DNA from: Amoebophrya sp. A120
Taxonomy: Eukaryota; Protista; Dinoflagellata
Length of the DNA: 64,000 bases
Reading direction: 5' to 3'
Assembly: GCA_905178155.1 (NCBI GenBank)
Contig: CAJINV010000013.1
Coordinates: 424,344-488,343 of the forward strand
Under the pieces are notes generated by a model that made no database searches, had not been told where the DNA came from, and was given only the letters and a program-made list of their open reading frames with translations. A program made the translations under genes and the position numbers. This document shows, piece after piece, positions 35,061 through 46,200 of the stretch (the first letter of the stretch is position 1; the number at the start of each line of letters is the position of its first letter).

Positions 35061-36664
35061 GTAAGCGCGACAAACGTCTATATCTTGACTGGTCCTCCTG
35101 CATGTATGAGTTGGAATTGTCATGTAAGTAACGTAGCTGCATGACGCCACCGATACTGATAACATTAATGCTGTAGCATTTATAGATGTAGGGGTGGGGC
35201 ATGGGGAAAATAGTGTGTGGGATTGAGAAGCGCTCATAGAAGATTTGCGGTTCGTTCATATGGATCTGCCATTGCCGTGCCCGTAGCCATACCCTGGATC
35301 TTCGTGCTGCCTAAGCTACATCTATGCATCTTCTCCTTCAGCACGGCAGAGTCGCCCTTGTTCTGATGTTTTTGAGGCGAAGACCACGCTGTCGAATGGC
35401 ACCGATCTTGCAAACGACGTCTCGCGAATTTGCTGTGTTTTTCCATACGTACCGAGCTGCGTTCGTCCGGCGTCATGTTTGTCTTTTCCTCCTTACGAAA
35501 GTAAGAAACACTCACAGCTGCATGCTGGCCTCCGGGTTTCCTTTCTGTCGATTAGAGCAAGGTTTTGTCGAGCACCATTCAACACATGAATGTTATGCAT
35601 GTACGCTATTCTACTTGCATTCGCTTGTGTGTGCCTTGAAAAGTGTTCACTTTCATCCATAGTTTTTGGCATGGCAAATGCTTTGTTTGCTGTAACACGA
35701 ACGCATCATGTGCCGAGGCAACTGCGACGTGATCGGCAGCGTTGCCGTTTCTGGCTACACGCATAGGATGCTTTGGCTGAATTTTTCAGGGCAACGACAA
35801 TTCTAGGGAGTAATGTCGAACTGAACAAAAAATGATGAGTCAAAGCTAAAAGTGGTAGTTGTCCGTTGAATTGCAAGTCGGCTTTCATCCGAAAAGGTGA
35901 GTAGCAGTATCACATCTTATCGCAAGGACTTTGCATAAACAGGAAGCCGAAACCATTCTAGAGGCCAGTATTGCATGCTTTCTGTGTATATGTTGCGGGT
36001 TACGCCGGTCGAACCGCGAATCGGGGCAGCTTCGTCAGTTTGAAACGGGGTGAGATGAATTCAGAGCACGCAGGTCATGATATTGAACTGAACATAGAGA
36101 CTCATAGGCCTGTTATTGCCACGTCAGACGCAAAGCAGCAGAGAGAGAGACGTCCATCTTTTTCTGTATGAAAATATGCACTGGATGTCCGACCCTTGTG
36201 AAACGGAATTGTGTCCATACATCCGAGCACAAACGACCAATGTAGACTGATCAGAAAACACAACTGCCGTTCGGGGTACTTACTTTTAGTGTAGCCCCGG
36301 GCAATTTTAGTGTCCGCGCAAACCGGTGTCCCATGCCATTTTTTTTTACGGTGGAGGTGATCTTCACATCTCGATAGTGGAGTGGGTTTGTATGAAGACT
36401 GTGCGTGGCGTGACAGGTAAGAGTCTCTTGCTTTCTACTTGATGCCGACCATCAGCATCTCCTACGAGAGCGGGCTTCCATATGATTACGGAAAGGAACA
36501 GCATGTGTTGGGCACGTCTAACTGTAGCTCATTCAGTAATTCTTGTTTTACAAATAGCGTTTCGCGCACACCGTATTGAGAGTCTAGATTACGGAGGTAA
36601 ATGTTGATTGGGGATCAGAAAAGGATGTTGATGCATTTTTCGCCCTCTGCGGAACCTGACGGAC

Positions 36665-38706
36665 TTGGAGAAACTCATTGAGGTTGGACTGCCCATCACT
36701 TGCATTGTTTTCAACTACCATAGTGCAGTCGCTCTGGCCGACGAAATGAGATACCAGGCTGCTTTAGCCGCGCCGCTCAAGTATTTACAGGCGGAAGTTT
36801 ACGTTTTCGGTCGGATTCTGGACATGGGCGCCGAGCGCCGACTTGAAGGCGATGGCGTCGAATGGCAATGGAAGAAAGACGAAAATAAAGCTCTCGGAGA
36901 CTGTTCATTTTACACCGGATTGCTTGGCCGCGGCAGCGTCGCGCAAGAATCGGCAGGTACAGAGCCGGTCCCAGGACTGCTCGCTCTCCTCCAAACGAGA
37001 TCCCTAAGTTATGCCGACCGCCAAACGGCGCGGAAAATCTTGTTCCAGTGCGCACACGAAATCCAGGACCACTTTGCGAGAAGCTTTGTGGGACTCAGTG
37101 TTCAGTACGGGAGTACGCAAAGCGGAGGCGAAGTGAGCCATTTTCGTCCAAAGGAGGTCGCGAAAACCGATCGCGTAGTGTCAAAGTCGCACAATGCCGT
37201 TAGTTCGAAAGTAGCTGTCGACATCTGCAAGCAGGAGCCGAAGCTGCTAGATACCACGAAACGCAATGATTTGGAAAATTGTGGGGAAGTGTTGGTGTTT
37301 GGTGATGTTCACCTATGAAGTGCAAGATTTCGCAGTTTTCTTCCGTATACGATCTTTAGTTGTGTTTCGGTGACGAAATGTACTGCCACTTCTACTTATT
37401 TAACGATCTCCGGCCAAAATTGTGGGGTTTTACTACATCATGTAGAAGAGCAAACAGCTCCCAATGATTTAGGATAAATCCGACCCGACTCTTTCTCTTC
37501 CGCTTGTATTATAAGAGTTATGCTGAAAAGAAGTGACATCCGCCTTCTGTCGTAGACATACTTAGATGCAGATCCAGCACCCAACGAGTAGAATTGCAAA
37601 GTTGACGCACTTCATACACGGGCACTTTTGACAACTTGCTCCAACTCCTTGCCAATTTGCCCTTCACAAGCCAAAACCACGGAACGTTCTGGCATGAGAA
37701 GAACCCAGGCGCCCAGCTTCTCTTCATGGGTAATTACGGCGATCATGCGCCAATTGAAGACGACATCATTTATACGCACCTTCTCATGGCTTACCTCCAG
37801 GCCTACTTCCCGCAGAAAGTGACGCTGCTGCGTGGGAGACACGAGAGAAAGCGTCTGTATGATGAAGTCGCACCACAGGAACTCCGAAATGCTCCAGATT
37901 TTCCTGCTGGCCTTGGCGTTCAGCTTCCGGGGCCTGCATCCTCTGGGCAAGAGGTTCAAGACACAAAGCGCTTTCTTCTGGATCTTCATCAGTGGACTGT
38001 GTTTGAATTCTTTCCCCATTTGCCGCTGGCTGCTCGGGTCCATGACAAGGCCTTGGTGGTTGATTCCGGGATTAGCGGCATTTCGGGACTGATGGAGGTG
38101 GTCGCCGGTCCAATTCAAAACGCCAATTTCATGAACGTGCTTGCGTACCAGGTTGCTATCACGAAGATGCCTGCTCTAGCTAATGTAGACACGTTGATTG
38201 ATAGTATGTGGGGGAAACTTGAAGGCCAGCAAAAGCCTTCTTCTTCGATCGATCCGAGTAGTATCGGTTTGGAACTTGTCATCCGCGGACGCGAGCAGGA
38301 AACGGAGAACGAAAGTAGTGCTCCCGCCGAAGCTTTCTCACCGTTCCGCATGTTGAACTTACCTCATGTGCAGGCAGTTACGGAACACAAAAACGGCATC
38401 AATGTCTCCAATACTGCAAATTTTCTGCAGCTGTACCCATGTCGTCGCAAATATTCTCCTCAAGCTGGAGAGAAAACGACTTTCCATCTTTCTTTCTCAG
38501 TCATGTCTTACCTTTTTGAGAAAAATACTACTTACAGAAGCACGATGCATTGCGCTGTTTTTTTTTCCATAGGTTACCAGCAGACGAGCCGCGTCATGTC
38601 TTTGTCCTCGTGTCTATGGCTGGAAACAGAAGGCGACATTGGCTTGGGAAACTTCTGGCTTCGAAAGCTCTACATAGCAATTTCCATCATCTGCGCGGGT
38701 CAATAA
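36665..38706 (+). CDS. PPP-like pseudophosphatase, paralog 3; ends approximate
   Basis: Clear paralog (YTHLLMAYLQAYFPQKVTLLRG), but motifs have changed to GNYGDHA, GRHE, VDSGIS and IRGREQ. Confidence 0.8.
37314..37616. mobile_element. TATGA...TCATA introner at GDVH|G of paralog 3
   Basis: tatgaagtgc ... gcacttcata; inferred intron 37313-37620. Confidence 0.8.
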
Positions 38707-39605
38707 AATGTTTACTGATCTGTATCTAGATCTACTTCATTGCTTAAACAGCAGGGGAAGCTTACCGGCCAAAGTTGAACCTATTTCCGTTTCATAACAC
38801 CCTTTCTACGCAAGTGAGCAGGAAAACTCTGGCGGCTTTGTGAGCTTGAAACGTCGTGTTTCGCATGGTGAGGCCACGCCAGGTGAAGAGCAGCTTGGGT
38901 CTATCAAATTGAAACAACACGGAGACAGCTGAAGGACCGCTAGGAATTGGACAGAAGTTCTGGCAATAAAGTTTATTGACAGAACTTCTTGTTTCATACA
39001 ACAAATACAAAACTGCATCCCTTGAGTTTAAAACTCAGTGGATGCGGCACGATAAGTAAGCATGTTGAAACGTAATCCTGCTCTCCGAGGAGTTGTTCTG
39101 AACTAATAGTTTCTTTAGACTTTAACTCGTGTCTTCTAAAATGAAGTACTACATCTTATTTGACGAGAATGTCATGCGCGGTGGTGCAGTTTCCCGTTTT
39201 CGATTTGATAGAACCTGGCGCTATCGGGAAGAAGGAAAAAATTGGTATCTTCTATGAAAGCGGCGTTCCTCGTCTCTAGGGAAAGGAAAACCCTTCTTGC
39301 TGCGACATGTCATTCTACTTGTTAACAGGCCCGGTGCATGCGAATTCCTTGCGGCTTCGCTTTCAGTACATTTACGACGTGCTTTGCAATCGAGTTTCTA
39401 TGTCGCTTTCTGCTGCAAGCCCTCCAGTTTGACATAGTGGTTGACTCGTAATGCGCAGGCACGAGGAGAAGCAAATGCAAATGCAGTTGCAGAGGTCCTG
39501 AACATTCGGTCTCCCTTTCTTGTTTCGCGTCTGTTAATTCAAATCAGTTCATTGCGGAAGGTATCTTGAGTTCGATCAGTCGTCGGACAAGTAGATATGT
39601 AAGAA

Positions 39606-40389
39606 TTGTCTCTCATTTGCGGTTTTCATCCCAATAGCGACAGCGCTTCGGCCGACGAAGTTCGTCACCAGGTCTCTCTAGCTGTGCCACCTGCTACGCT
39701 CAGCGCAAACGTGTACGTTTTTGGTCGGGAAGTGGAGGTTTTGCAGCCATCGCCCTCGGACGAAAGCACGACCCGCCCTCAACTTGGAAAGTTCAAACAA
39801 GACAGCGATGGCAAAGCATGGCAGTGGGAGGCAGACGAGCCAGCGCAGTTAGAGGAATATACTGCGAGCGAAGCCTTCGATGCACCAAAACGGAGTCAGC
39901 AGCAAGTACTAGTCCAGCGTGTTCCAGCATCACGGTAAGAAGAGACTCTTCGAAATCTACGATCATTGTTCAATGCAATCACTACTACGACACGCTAGAT
40001 ATGTGCATCATCTTTCACAGCTAAGCTGTACCTTCTGGAAATTTGACATGAAGCGGTTGAGTGGTTTTGCGACATCTGCAGTCTCTGTATGTACAAAATA
40101 GAATACTATGTTTACGATGAAGTGGATTTTGACATTTACTTTTTATCACAGGGGGGACGGTGCCGGGCCCCAGAAGTTCAAAAGAGATGGACCAACATCG
40201 GCCGACAGCGGTTCTGCAAGACAGGGCTATGTGACGGCTGATGATTCTCCGATAATAGCTTTGAGCACCTCATCCTTCACGGAATCGAGTCCCACAGGAG
40301 CTTCTAAGCCGGCACACCAAGAACCTCCCGCTTTCAACAAATCCCGTGCACCATCAAGTTCGATCTCGCGGTCCTTTCTGCGACCGTAG
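39606..40389 (+). pseudogene. Truncated fourth paralog retaining only the N-terminal non-catalytic module
   Basis: ADEVRHQVSLAVPPATLSANVYVFGR...DGKAWQW matches paralog 3 ADEMRYQAALAAP..AEVYVFGR..DGVEWQW and paralog 2 ATVYVYGR..DGEAWDW. No GDxH or GNHE motif is seen downstream. Confidence 0.6.
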
Positions 40390-42194
40390 ATGAGTCATTC
40401 ATTCTCGTAGTACAGGCTTCGGCGGCGCCGCGGATGCGGTGCGCACGGAGGCGTATACCCGGTGTTGTTGATCGAGTACTTTTATTCATCTGAAGACGGA
40501 CCTCAAATTTTACGTTCAGTTCCAACCCAGCATTGAAAGTATGGTACAGGTTTTCAAAAGCAAAATGCACTATGCACAAGGGTATTTTCACGTGACAAGT
40601 TGAGACTAGACTTTGATTTTTGATGAGCTCTCCCCGGAGCAGTTTGTTTCTTTTTGCATTTTTTTTTCTTTCTTTTTCATAATTGCAATTATAAGCGTTT
40701 CTGTCTCTTTTTTTCTATCATTTTTATTGCGTCAGACCCTACTTCTCGATTACATTTTCGATGATATCTTCGAGTGACAAAAACGGAAACACAAATCAGG
40801 TTTCGACCGTGGACAGCACTTTCTGCTTGAGGCGCCTCGTACTTCAATTATAGCTGCATTTCGCAACTTTTTCGCTTTTTTTTTTCGCGTCACGTGACCC
40901 ACCAGTGAGTGCTCAGGAATTCAGCAGCATCAGATGGGCTCTGAAAATTACGAAGATAACTAAGATTTTTAGTACAGTTACGAGTTAGAAGAACTACAAC
41001 AACGCGATGTGGTCTACAGCGTCTCGTAGACACCAGAGTTGCACCTGTGCTAGGGAGGACGTGTTGTGGAAAGAGGGTCTGCGCAACAGTTTTGAACGAA
41101 GAACTTTTTCTAATCCCGCAAGTATGTTTTTTTTTCTGCTCACAAAAATAAAACTTTTTCCTTTTGTTTCCACGTGTATCTGAACGCATAAGAAGTATTC
41201 TTTGAATGATTTGTCTTTACTTTTTACAGCATAAATGAGGTCGTTAAAACATAAGAGTTGTTGTGTATGATTGCATTATGAAAGAGCATCAATATTCTGG
41301 TAGCTCTTCTGCCGGATCGCGCGTTTGGTTTTTCACTGTTTTCCGCGTGTTCATCAACCGTTGATGTGGATTGCGTGTCGCCCTGGAAACAATATTATCG
41401 TTGTGCCCATCTCCTGGCTCCTGTTGTCATCATCGCTCTTCACCGTGATGGCTTTGCCAAACTTTATTTATTTTCCCGGCCAAATTATGAAATGCAAATG
41501 TGGTCTCGTTGTCGTTTCTTTGATGTAGAGCTGTCGCGGTGCAGCTGGCAATAGATGTAGAGGTGGAGGGCACATAAATGCGAGGTCTTTGCTCATCTTC
41601 ATCTGCGTGTGAATGCTTGTCGCGTCTCGTCTGCTGTTGGTCGGTGCTTTCGTCTTTCTCGTGCTGTGCAAAGCCGCTTCTCGGTCCTGAATTAGAAATG
41701 ATCTGTGATGTTCTGGGTCCTCTGTTGCTTTTCGTTGTGTCGATTCTGCCCCAAATTTCAAGCAGCTTACCGACAGGCGCACATGAACGTGCTTCGTGAG
41801 AAGGGAAACGGATACAGGATCATCACGAGCACGTAACAAAAAATCGCATTTCAGAAAGATGATGGATCTCGAGATAAGATGAAGAGGCAAAAAATGCACA
41901 GATATTGCAAGCTATGCTTCCGCTACCGCTCGCCTTGATGCGAAAGAAACAAAAATGTAGACGCACCTTCAAAGTAGTCAAATTCGCTGCATGTGTAAAG
42001 TGGCGACGAGCGAAGGAGCCGTTCCACCTCTTAGAAAAGTTTCACAAGTTGAATGAGCGCCCCCGCATTTGATTCCTTCTGAAGCAGGAGCACAGGTGCT
42101 AGCGACCATAGAAAGTAAGTAAGGAAGTAGTCGTCCTAGTAGTCGGAATCTCTCCCCCAGATCGCATTCGCATCCCCGTCCGTACATATCCACC

Positions 42195-45100
42195 ATGTTT
42201 CTCTGTCCCCTGAATCGCCGACTGCTGTTTCTCCGGGACTCCAAGGCCGACGCTCCTACCTCGATTGGGAACTCAAGCACAGCTTGTTCCGACTCCAGCC
42301 CGGCGCTCCCGAAATGGCTATTCCGTGGTCTGCCGGTGGTTGTTGTGGCGGATTTGATCAGGAGAGCGGTGGAACAAGCGTTTAGCGATTTTCAAGACGA
42401 TCTGGTTCTAAAGCAATCCACAGCTCACGGTGAAAGTCGGATCCCGCATGCAGGAACTACTACAGGAGCACCCGGTGTGCATCAAGAAGCACCAGAGGCG
42501 AAACAGGAAGCATTTCTCACGTTAATCGCCCATTTGATCGAGATTGAGGAACTCTTGGTACAGCTTTCCTCAAGATCTAGTGGGGTAGAAAGCAAGACTG
42601 CAGGAGCAGGTCAGGTTGTCCAGAGCGGCCTAGCCAGTGGGAAGCAAGCAGCTTTGTCATGCAAAAACGCGAACGAACCCTCGTCGAGAGAAAAGCTTCA
42701 GTCGCCCGCCGGAGTTGTCGAGGACAAAGTGCCTGCACCTGCTCACACTACAACGGGCCTTCTGCGCGATATCGTTTTGAATTTGAAAAACGAGGACAAG
42801 CACGGCGAAGAAAATAAAGCAGGAAAGGACGCCGACAAGCAGTTCTCTTTACTTCCCGACCTGATCCAATTCCTTTTGTTGCCGCAGGGGCTGAACTTGA
42901 GAAATCTGGTTCTCCACGGCTTTGTTGGGATCGACGAGGTTTGTGCGCAAAATGTCTTTTCTAGCTCGCTGGGAGAAGATGATGATAAAGCCCCTGCGAC
43001 GGCAGATGGAGGTCGAAACACGACTGAGGCGGAGGACGACCTGGAGAGGGAGCTAGTCAAGCTGTTTCGTGAGCACATCCGCGAGCAAGTTTTTGAAGAC
43101 AAAGGTAGTGCGGACCGCATTTTGCGCTCCAGTTCCGATTGCAGTGTCGCGCGAGGGAAAGCAAAAGATGGCCCTCTCGCCGTTTGGCCTTTTGTGATGG
43201 AGGTGTGTGTCTGTTGCCTGCGACAGAGGCGGGATGTGGACGCTGCTGAAGTCAACAAAACTCAGAACGATGGAGGCCTTGCGCTTGCAAGCTCTGCCGG
43301 ATCGACTCCAGATAGATTAACTGAGGGGGCCGCTGCAGAGGATCACCAGGACAAAAATCCACTAGCGTCTTCGCAAAATCTGCGCTTACAGGATCAGCCG
43401 ATCTCTATCCCGGTCCAAGTGTGTGACGAGGTGCGTGCGGCTGTGTTGGAAATGAAGAGCAGCGAGATTCAGTTCCGGGATGCAGGACTTGCAAATTCGA
43501 AGCAGCAGCATCGCGGTATGGAGGTGCGTCTCCTGTGGACAATTTTGACGGAGATTTTCGAGCTTGAGCAGGGCCATCGACGGCAAAAGCCAATTTGTCA
43601 AGACGCTCAAGACGACAGCGTCGCCAGAAGGCTCACTTACTTCCGCAAGCGCGCGGCTTGGTTGCTTCTGCTGCTAATGGAAAATCAGTTGCGATTGGAG
43701 TATGTGGAACGAAATTTTATCTGTGCTACGAAAGACAAAGAACTATCCGACGGAGACACGACGCAGGAATCTATGTCACAGACTAACATAATTAACGCGT
43801 TCGGAGATCATAAATGTCCCGTGCTCCAGGCTGAGTGCGATTGGTCCCTCGCTCGCCATGGAGACTATTACGCGACCGTAGACGGTTTTGGGCAGCGCTT
43901 CATTCACCCGGTCGTGTTAGATGCAAAGGTTAGAGTCGGAAAGTTGGTGCTTGGAAACGAAAAAGCAGCGGGTCCGATTCTTGGAAAGGAAGGCGATGCT
44001 GGTACTATTTTGGAGCAAGGATTAAACGAAACGCGTCAACAGGAAATAAGCGAAAATCAGCTCACCCACAGCCATTTATCCACATCCTGTGTGCAACTGC
44101 TCCAGGACCTGTTTCTCCAAGACAAGGGACCGAACCTACGCGCGCAGCTGTTTCACCACGGATCATCGGAGCTGGGGCGATGCGATGGGCAGAATTCATT
44201 TAGCGGCGCTGGCGACCTGCGCTGGAGCGTGGACATTCTTCTGATCCTGTTTCTCTATTTGAATCCTGGATTGGTGGAACGAACTACGGCTTCATCTGCT
44301 GAAGCCAGTACTAACGGTTCGCATAATGGAAAAGCATCACCTCCACGGCAATGTTTGCCTCTGGCAACTGAGTTTGTGGAAACGTATCGATCGAAATTTC
44401 ATCCGGTAGCGCTATTTTGCCACGAGATGGGTAGCTGTGCGGATTTGGGACGCGAGCTACAAGCCTTGCACAATGTTTGTACGGGTTGTGATGACGCGCG
44501 AGATGGAAAAGAAATTATTGCAGACCAGACAGGGAACGACAAGGGCCTAGTCCAGACCGAGCTTGGGCCAGGTGAAGTTGACCCGAATCATGATGCACCG
44601 GCGCCGGCAGATAGTCCAATCGATGCGAATTCCGTTTTCCACAAAATCTACAGCTTGTTGCACGCTGAGGAGACTGCATCCGCGAGTAGGCCGGGAGAGG
44701 GGCTAGCACGGTTGCTAAATAAAGCGAACAGCCCAGTGCTTTTTCCCTCGTTCGAAGCACTAGCCGAGTTTGCCCGTAAGATTCGCAGTTTTGTTTTCGA
44801 CGAAGAGGGCTGCAAGCGAAGGTATCTTCAGCTGCTCTCTTCCTCCAATACAGCTGCAACAAGCGCGGGGGCTGCCGCAGCAGACAGCAGCCTTGAAGAG
44901 CAAAGCAAAACAAGGATACGCTCGGGCCACCCTTTCAGTGTTTCCGCTAAACCGTCTGCTTCTACATCGCGAGAAATAAGAGCACTTCTACCCCCACCCG
45001 TCCTGTTCCCCACTCTTGGCACCAAAATTCTCGCGGAAATGAAGCAGCAGATCTTGGAACCGTTGCTCGGCAAACTGCGCCATCTTGGAGAACTGGTCCG

Positions 45101-45638
45101 GGAGAAAAAAGCGAGTTCCAGACAAAGACAGCAGTTTCGGCAGCTGGTGGATAGGAAGGAGAGAATCATTCCTACGATTCTGCTCTTCGTTAGAGCGGTT
45201 TGTTGTGTTGTGGGTAGCGAGTTTTGGGCGGAGTTGGGAAGGCTATTGAAGATAGAGGGCGGAGGACGAGGAGAGATGATTGATGCCGGTACAACCATAG
45301 CCGAAGCGGGAGACGAGTCGCGGTTTGGGATTTCTGATCCGAAAGAAAATTTCAACACTCGCTCCGCCACCTCTTCTGCGCCACAACGATCGCAGCTGGA
45401 GAGAATAGTCGAGAAAATCTCGCATTCTGCCGATCCCTTTATTCCAACGAAAATAAACTATAGCGGCACGCCCCCGACGGTTACCACCGCAAAAGATTGG
45501 CTCAGACTGGCTTCAGTGGTGGGCAGTTTGAAGAATCTGGATCAAAAGAAGACAGCGGACCAGCTCTTAAGCTTTCTACAAACGCACGCCGGCAAACGCA
45601 CTCTGCAGCTGCGTCGTGGTGAGAACAGGATTATCTAG
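42195..45638 (+). CDS. DUF4209 / ERMARD-like protein
   Basis: 1147-aa uninterrupted ORF. LLLPQGLNLRNLVLHGF and a second copy QDKGPNLRAQLFHHG resemble the twin GxNLRNxxxHG motifs of ERMARD/DUF4209. Confidence 0.7.
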   Translation: MFLCPLNRRLLFLRDSKADAPTSIGNSSTACSDSSPALPKWLFRGLPVVVVADLIRRAVEQAFSDFQDDLVLKQSTAHGESRIPHAGTTTGAPGVHQEAPEAKQEAFLTLIAHLIEIEELLVQLSSRSSGVESKTAGAGQVVQSGLASGKQAALSCKNANEPSSREKLQSPAGVVEDKVPAPAHTTTGLLRDIVLNLKNEDKHGEENKAGKDADKQFSLLPDLIQFLLLPQGLNLRNLVLHGFVGIDEVCAQNVFSSSLGEDDDKAPATADGGRNTTEAEDDLERELVKLFREHIREQVFEDKGSADRILRSSSDCSVARGKAKDGPLAVWPFVMEVCVCCLRQRRDVDAAEVNKTQNDGGLALASSAGSTPDRLTEGAAAEDHQDKNPLASSQNLRLQDQPISIPVQVCDEVRAAVLEMKSSEIQFRDAGLANSKQQHRGMEVRLLWTILTEIFELEQGHRRQKPICQDAQDDSVARRLTYFRKRAAWLLLLLMENQLRLEYVERNFICATKDKELSDGDTTQESMSQTNIINAFGDHKCPVLQAECDWSLARHGDYYATVDGFGQRFIHPVVLDAKVRVGKLVLGNEKAAGPILGKEGDAGTILEQGLNETRQQEISENQLTHSHLSTSCVQLLQDLFLQDKGPNLRAQLFHHGSSELGRCDGQNSFSGAGDLRWSVDILLILFLYLNPGLVERTTASSAEASTNGSHNGKASPPRQCLPLATEFVETYRSKFHPVALFCHEMGSCADLGRELQALHNVCTGCDDARDGKEIIADQTGNDKGLVQTELGPGEVDPNHDAPAPADSPIDANSVFHKIYSLLHAEETASASRPGEGLARLLNKANSPVLFPSFEALAEFARKIRSFVFDEEGCKRRYLQLLSSSNTAATSAGAAAADSSLEEQSKTRIRSGHPFSVSAKPSASTSREIRALLPPPVLFPTLGTKILAEMKQQILEPLLGKLRHLGELVREKKASSRQRQQFRQLVDRKERIIPTILLFVRAVCCVVGSEFWAELGRLLKIEGGGRGEMIDAGTTIAEAGDESRFGISDPKENFNTRSATSSAPQRSQLERIVEKISHSADPFIPTKINYSGTPPTVTTAKDWLRLASVVGSLKNLDQKKTADQLLSFLQTHAGKRTLQLRRGENRII

Positions 45639-46200
45639 AATTTCCCAAGCGAAATCTGTTTCAAGAAGTAGCTAGAAGAATCAGCATGAGCTTATGCGGC
45701 GACACTTAGAATAAGACTCACGCTTCATCGAAATTGAACGAAACAAGTTTCGCTGCTTGCTTGATTTATGGTGTTCGTTTTTCGCTGGTGCAGACGACCA
45801 CTGATCTCCAACCCGTTCGTGAAGCAGAAACTTGCGGAAATTTTTTTGGTTAATCTGATAGGATGATCTCGTGTCCAGCCAGTTTGTCTTCAGTGGCAGT
45901 TTCTTTTCTCAAGCCAGACTGCATAGAATAGTCAAATGATCTTCAGTTCTTTACCAGTCCTTGTGCTCCCTGTGCAGATCTCGTGTGAGAAGTCGTTCGT
46001 AACTTTTGTCTATCATGTTTACCGCCTGTAACTGTATCTTTTTGGTTTAGCTAATCCAAGTAATTTGACGGCGTGAAGATCCGAGGCAAGGTGTGGGATA
46101 TGAGCCATTTTTTGGGCGCATTTTCACCACAACAAGACCCTTTGTGTATGGATCCGTATAATTACTACATTTAGAACTACTTTACGCCGCCCCGATCACC

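Noticed and set aside
35281-35290. ccgtagccat match to the dinoflagellate spliced leader, and gagccattttttgg near 46102
   Set aside because: The matches are short, partial and compatible with chance. No full leader or SL RNA structure is visible.
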